Source: Bacilli bacterium (GTDB lineage Bacteria; Bacillota_I; Bacilli_A; RF39; UBA660). From it: 64,000 nt of DNA. How positions within the stretch are numbered: the first letter of the stretch is position 1; the number at the start of each line of letters is the position of its first letter. Position numbers and translations under genes: made by a program. Under the pieces are notes generated by a model, which saw nothing but the letters and a program-made list of their open reading frames with translations, had not been told where the DNA came from and made no database searches. Of the stretch, positions 59,303 to 64,000 are shown one piece after another. The DNA is taken from positions 13,799-77,798 of the forward strand of contig JAFRCK010000031.1 in the NCBI GenBank assembly GCA_017404385.1, in the 5' to 3' direction.

Positions 59303-60508
59303 CTACTTTGACATTAACACCCCAGGGGCAAATATTAATAATATACCAATTATTAGTGTAATTATACCTGCGATTAAATGGGAATATTTAGTGAATTTTG
59401 TTGATATTCCAGTAACTTTAAATGTGATCATTGCAATAGTGAAAATAACTATATCATCTATTAAGAAGAATAGAATATATAAGAATAAGTATAACGAATA
59501 TGCTGGAATTGATAAATTGTTCATAGATAATATATTGACATATACTACTGGTATACTTAGTGAACACATTGCTTCAATTAAGTTTACTGTTATAGCTAAT
59601 ACTATAATTCCTATTAATGATATTATAAATTTTTTCTCAGTTGTAATATTCATTATTTTTTGCATAATCTTTTTTCTATTCTTTTTATTAACGACATTAC
59701 ATCCATCGTCTTTCTTTAAAGACTTTATAAAATTATATATATTGAATATTCCAATTCCTATCGAGAACGCGGCAACTATTAACCTTATGAAGAAATAACC
59801 ACTAAGATAATTTGCTGTACTTAGTATCGCTAACATAAATAATAAATACATGATACCTGATGTAAGAATGAATGTAAAACCTAAAATCCACATTCTTTTC
59901 CTATTTTTCATATTAATAAGCATTGTTATTAAGAATATTAATATCCATGTAGCACATGGATTAAATCCATCTATAAAACCTAGTACTATTGATAATAGAG
60001 GTAGTGAAACTTCTTTAACTTTAATCTTTCCAAAGAATGGTACTATTTCAGTATCATCTTCTTCTACATTTTCATCATTACCATTGTTATCATCATTTCC
60101 ATCATCAATTTTTTCATTATTTAATACTTTTTTAACTTTATCCACAAATTTAGATGATTTTCTAGTTTTTTCTATTTGTTCCTCTATTTGAATATTAGTA
60201 ACACCATCATAATAACCAACTATTGGTTTATTACCTATAACCATGTATGGAACACCACTTGCATGATTATTAATAGCATCTTGCACTTTTCTTAATATTT
60301 CTTGATTGTCTTTATCATGCCATACTTCATATTTATGAAGTTCAATATCATCTTTATCTTTTAAATATTCATTTAAGAAACTTTCTTCTTCTGCACAGTG
60401 TGGGCATCCATCACCATAGAATAAATATAAATCTACTTTTGTTTCTGCTTTTATAGAAAATGGAATTATTAATAAAAGCAAAAATAATAATATTTTAAAC
60501 TTCTTCAT
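59303..60508 (-). CDS. Thioredoxin-like (CPHC) domain fused to a CcdA/DsbD-like transmembrane thiol-disulfide transporter
   Basis: Signal peptide. GDGCPHCAEEESF. Polytopic C-terminal domain with membrane-embedded Cys (FNPCATW and AMCSLSIP). Confidence 0.65.
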   Translation of the reverse strand: MKKFKILLFLLLLIIPFSIKAETKVDLYLFYGDGCPHCAEEESFLNEYLKDKDDIELHKYEVWHDKDNQEILRKVQDAINNHASGVPYMVIGNKPIVGYYDGVTNIQIEEQIEKTRKSSKFVDKVKKVLNNEKIDDGNDDNNGNDENVEEDDTEIVPFFGKIKVKEVSLPLLSIVLGFIDGFNPCATWILIFLITMLINMKNRKRMWILGFTFILTSGIMYLLFMLAILSTANYLSGYFFIRLIVAAFSIGIGIFNIYNFIKSLKKDDGCNVVNKKNRKKIMQKIMNITTEKKFIISLIGIIVLAITVNLIEAMCSLSIPVVYVNILSMNNLSIPAYSLYLFLYILFFLIDDIVIFTIAMITFKVTGISTKFTKYSHLIAGIITLIIGILLIFAPGVLMSK

Positions 60509-60758
60509 GTTTATTTATAACTCCTTCTATATCTTTATAATTTTTTTCTCCAATTAATCTATCTACTTCTATATCATTTTTAATGAATATAAGTACGGGA
60601 AGTGTTTCTCCAACATTATATTTTTTAACTTCTTCCTCATCAAAATCATAATCAAGATTTTCAATTTCAATATTATATTTTTGTACAATTTGATCAAGAT
60701 ATTTATTTGTAATGAGACATGCAGGACACCACATAGCCCCAATTTTTATTATTTTCAT
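60495..60758 (-). CDS. Thioredoxin
   Basis: GAMWCPACLI active site. Start assigned to the internal ATG with RBS GGTGG. Confidence 0.8.
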   Translation of the reverse strand: MKIIKIGAMWCPACLITNKYLDQIVQKYNIEIENLDYDFDEEEVKKYNVGETLPVLIFIKNDIEVDRLIGEKNYKDIEGVINKHEEV

Positions 60759-60807
60759 GTTACCACCAAATAAATTATAACACAAAAAAAGCATATTTAA
60801 TATGCTT

Positions 60808-61875
60808 TTATTCCTCTTTCCATTCTAAATACTTTTCTTTTATATATTTAAGTGCTTTTCCACCATATTTTTTAAAGCCTTCTTTTATATTATCCATAAT
60901 TTCATTCTTTTTACTAATTATGGCATTATATCTTTCTTCACCAAGATGATTAATAACAATGTTTTTTGCAGCATCTAATTTTTCTTTTGCATAATCTTTA
61001 ATAGCATTATATTTTTCACCTAAAGTTTCTTTATAATCAGGATCAAAAGACATAACAACTCTATCCATGTTTTTTAAATAATCATATATTTCTTGTTTAA
61101 ATTCATCTTTTAGGTCATTAAATGTTATACCATTAATACTTGAGTTAAAGAATATAAAATCAATAGTATTAACAACGAATCCTTTTGCTCTAGATTTTGC
61201 TTCTTTAGATCCATCTCCATTTAAAGTATCATCATTCATATCTTTAAATAAATCTACAATAGTTCTTTGTTCTGCTTCACTGATTCTTTGTTCATCATCA
61301 TTATTTTTAACTTCTGTTATTCTTTCTGTTTTATCTTCAACTTTATTTTCCACTTTTTCAGCTGAATTATTATTGATAGTTTCATTTACTATTTTTTCAG
61401 TTTTTGTTTCAACTGAATGATCCTCATAATTATGTGAAACGGTACTTTCAGCAGCTTTTTCGCCAACTGTATAATTCTTATTATTAATTCCATTAAGTAT
61501 TTTAGCAGTACATAAAGTTATTATTAAACTTCCCCCTGCTACTATACCTGCTATTTTATATTTTTTAATTTTTCTATTATATATGCTGCTTAGTTTTGTA
61601 TATTTTTTATTTTCAATTAAAGAAATAATATCATTTTTTTCTTCATATTTTTTATAAATTTCATATAATTCAAGATATTCATAATATTCATCACTTGGTG
61701 TATTATAGTCTTTCATTTTCTTTTCTAATTCTTTATAGTTATATTTATTTATTAATTGTTTTTGTCTAATAATGATTTCTCTTATTTCTTCAAGTTTATC
61801 TTTGTTTTCAACAGGTTTATTCGATAATCTTATACTTTCATTAATTAAATCATCAATAGGTTCTAAATGAATCAT
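60808..61875 (-). CDS. Hypothetical protein with a central TM segment
   Basis: Strong RBS AAGGGGGAA before the internal ATG. Confidence 0.4.
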   Translation of the reverse strand: MIHLEPIDDLINESIRLSNKPVENKDKLEEIREIIIRQKQLINKYNYKELEKKMKDYNTPSDEYYEYLELYEIYKKYEEKNDIISLIENKKYTKLSSIYNRKIKKYKIAGIVAGGSLIITLCTAKILNGINNKNYTVGEKAAESTVSHNYEDHSVETKTEKIVNETINNNSAEKVENKVEDKTERITEVKNNDDEQRISEAEQRTIVDLFKDMNDDTLNGDGSKEAKSRAKGFVVNTIDFIFFNSSINGITFNDLKDEFKQEIYDYLKNMDRVVMSFDPDYKETLGEKYNAIKDYAKEKLDAAKNIVINHLGEERYNAIISKKNEIMDNIKEGFKKYGGKALKYIKEKYLEWKEE

Positions 61876-61982
61876 ATGATTTCCCCCTTTTTTTACGCCT
61901 TTAGATAATACCATATTTTTATTTAAAAGTCAAAAAACTATGAAGTTGTTAAAGAGTATGATATAATTAAAATGGTGATTAT

Positions 61983-62693
61983 ATGGAAGAGATAAATACT
62001 TTTTTTGAATACTTTTTATTATTTGTGTTTTTATTTTTTATAGGAAGTATGTTAGGTTGGGTATTAGAACTATTCTTTAGAAGATGGTACCATAAAAAAT
62101 GGATTAATCCTGGTTTTTTAGTAGGACCATATTTACCTATATATGGAATGGGACTATCTTTATTAACATTTGTTCATTTATTATTACAAAATACTGATAT
62201 TAATGATATATGGGAAATATTAATAATGGGTTTAATTATGACTTTATTAGAGTTAATAACAGGTTTAATATTCTTGAAACAAAAAATAAGATTATGGGAC
62301 TATAGAGATAGAAGATTTAATTATAAAGGCGTTATTTGTCCTACTTTTACTATAATTTGGACTGCTATAGGAGCAATATATTATTTCTTTTTATCAGAAC
62401 CTGTTGTTGATGCGATAAGATGGTTTACTAAGAATATATCATTTTCATATGTATTAGGAATATTTACTGGAGTTATAGTAATAGACTTTATATATTCAAC
62501 AAAAATGTATAAGAAAATAAAGAAATTTGCAAAAAATAATAATATAGATATTATATCTGAAAAACTAAAAGTATATATTAAAGGATTACCAGAAAATGCT
62601 AAACATTCATTTTTATTGCCATTTAAACAAGGTAAAAATTTAATTGATGTTTTAGCTGATTTTATAGGTATAGATGGGGATAAGGATAAATAA
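61983..62693 (+). CDS. Polytopic membrane protein
   Basis: Six predicted TM helices. Confidence 0.45.
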   Translation: MEEINTFFEYFLLFVFLFFIGSMLGWVLELFFRRWYHKKWINPGFLVGPYLPIYGMGLSLLTFVHLLLQNTDINDIWEILIMGLIMTLLELITGLIFLKQKIRLWDYRDRRFNYKGVICPTFTIIWTAIGAIYYFFLSEPVVDAIRWFTKNISFSYVLGIFTGVIVIDFIYSTKMYKKIKKFAKNNNIDIISEKLKVYIKGLPENAKHSFLLPFKQGKNLIDVLADFIGIDGDKDK

Positions 62694-62694
62694 T

Positions 62695-63762
62695 ATGAAT
62701 GTAATTGATTATATATCTTATTATGGGAAACATACATTTGAAGAAAAGGCGTTTAATGAAGTAGATAACGTCATTTTTTCTATGCTTTCATATGTTGATT
62801 ACAATGGTATAGTTCCTAATAATAAAAATGAAATAACAATTGAAGAAGCAAATATGTTATTTAAACAAAAAGACTTTGATGATAAAAACATAATGTTATC
62901 CATCAAGCAAGCTATAAAAGTGTTAGAGTCTGCTTCCGGTAGCAATCGTTTTAAAAATATAACAATGAGCAATTACATGTATATTGGAAATGAAGAATCT
63001 CAGTTTTCAGCTGTTACTTTTAAAATAACTAAGGATTTATATTATATTTCTTTTGAGGGAACAGATGCATTACTTAGTGGATGGAAAGAAGATTGCAAGA
63101 TGGCATACAAGTTTCCTGTGGCTGCTCATGTACTAGCTAAAAATTATTTGAATAAAGTTTTTACACTACGTAGAGGAAAGGTTATAGTAGGTGGACACTC
63201 TAAAGGTGGTAATTTAGCATTAGTTGCTTCTATGTATTGTAATAGATTTGTTAGAAAAAAGATTATTAATGTTTATAGTAATGATGGACAAGGACTTAGA
63301 GAAACTCAATTAAATTCAAAACAGTATTCATTAATAAAAGATAGATATATACATATAATTCCAAATTATTCAATAGTAGGTTTATTACTAAGACATGATG
63401 ATAATTATATAGTAGTAAAATCTGATAGAAAAGGATTTTATGCCCATGATGCTTTTTCATGGCAAGTTAGCTATGATCATTTGGAAAAGGAATTATTAAG
63501 TAGATTTAGTAAAGTTTTTGATGATGGTTTTTCAAAATGGTTAGATAATTATGATGATGAACAAAGAAGAAAATTTGTTAATGAGGTTTTTAAATTGTTT
63601 TATGAAAATGGATTTGAAACAGTTACAGAAGTTAGATCAAAGTTAAAAAATATTACAACAGTTGTTAAATCATCAAAGACAATGGATCCTGTGGTAAAGG
63701 AAATGTTTAAAGAATTAATAAAAATAGTTGGAAAAACAAACTTGGAATATCCATGGTTTTAA
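62695..63762 (+). CDS. Lipase-like alpha/beta hydrolase (DUF2974/Mbeg1-like)
   Basis: GGHSKGGNLALVAS (GHSxG nucleophile elbow). RBS AAGGA. Confidence 0.6.
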   Translation: MNVIDYISYYGKHTFEEKAFNEVDNVIFSMLSYVDYNGIVPNNKNEITIEEANMLFKQKDFDDKNIMLSIKQAIKVLESASGSNRFKNITMSNYMYIGNEESQFSAVTFKITKDLYYISFEGTDALLSGWKEDCKMAYKFPVAAHVLAKNYLNKVFTLRRGKVIVGGHSKGGNLALVASMYCNRFVRKKIINVYSNDGQGLRETQLNSKQYSLIKDRYIHIIPNYSIVGLLLRHDDNYIVVKSDRKGFYAHDAFSWQVSYDHLEKELLSRFSKVFDDGFSKWLDNYDDEQRRKFVNEVFKLFYENGFETVTEVRSKLKNITTVVKSSKTMDPVVKEMFKELIKIVGKTNLEYPWF

Positions 63763-63789
63763 TATATAATGAAAGTAGGAGGTAATATT

Positions 63790-64000
63790 ATGGAATTAAA
63801 AGGAAGTAAAACTGAAGAAAATTTAATGAAAGCTTTTGCTGGTGAATCTCAAGCTAGAAATAAATATACTTATTTTGCTAGTAAAGCTAAGAAAGATGGT
63901 TATGAACAAATAGCAGCAATATTTGAAGAAACAGCTAATAATGAAAAAGAACATGCTAAGATGTGGTATAAAGAATTGCATGGAGGAGCTATTCCTTCTA
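63790..64000 (+). CDS. rbr: Rubrerythrin, partial (3' end beyond window)
   Basis: ENLMKAFAGESQARNKYTYFA...EKEHAKMW (rubrerythrin di-iron N-terminal motifs). RBS GGAGG. Confidence 0.85.
   Translation, partial: MELKGSKTEENLMKAFAGESQARNKYTYFASKAKKDGYEQIAAIFEETANNEKEHAKMWYKELHGGAIPS

Noticed and set aside
1-64000. CRISPR array, rRNA, integrase/transposase/IS elements
   Set aside because: No regularly spaced direct repeats with unique spacers were found. No rRNA-like sequence. No protein with tyrosine/serine recombinase or DDE transposase motifs.

Overview
AT-rich (~27% GC) chromosomal segment, most likely from a Clostridium-like Firmicute. The core housekeeping backbone is uvrB, a lipoprotein, uvrA, lgt, whiA, htrA and an M48 protease. 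Further along are cell-wall amidases with LysM repeats, an aquaporin, MscS, a thioredoxin/CcdA cluster, rubrerythrin, two MacB/FtsX-type ABC exporters, and tRNA-Trp, tRNA-Glu and tRNA-His. Accessory and defence content is punctuated through this backbone. The most striking item is a ~9.5 kb, recombinase-less island at 23098..32621. It sits inside an interrupted 13-bp palindrome and is flanked by a direct repeat CCCCC(C)TGA. It carries a HEPN-like protein, an Mrr-cat nuclease, a Dam-type MTase plus a PD-ExK REase, and a candidate novel four-gene module (ParB-like / small PD-ExK nuclease / SNF2 helicase / ParB-like) that appears co-operonic with the R-M pair. Other notable items: a SAM-I riboswitch controlling a miniature (260 aa) MetK-like protein; a 759-aa protein with a C-terminal HNH nuclease; an Abi_2 gene wedged between whiA and htrA; two Fic proteins, one paired with a nucleotidyltransferase next to tRNA-His; and a catalytically degenerate amidase paralog. 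No CRISPR array, rRNA or integrase/transposase was seen.
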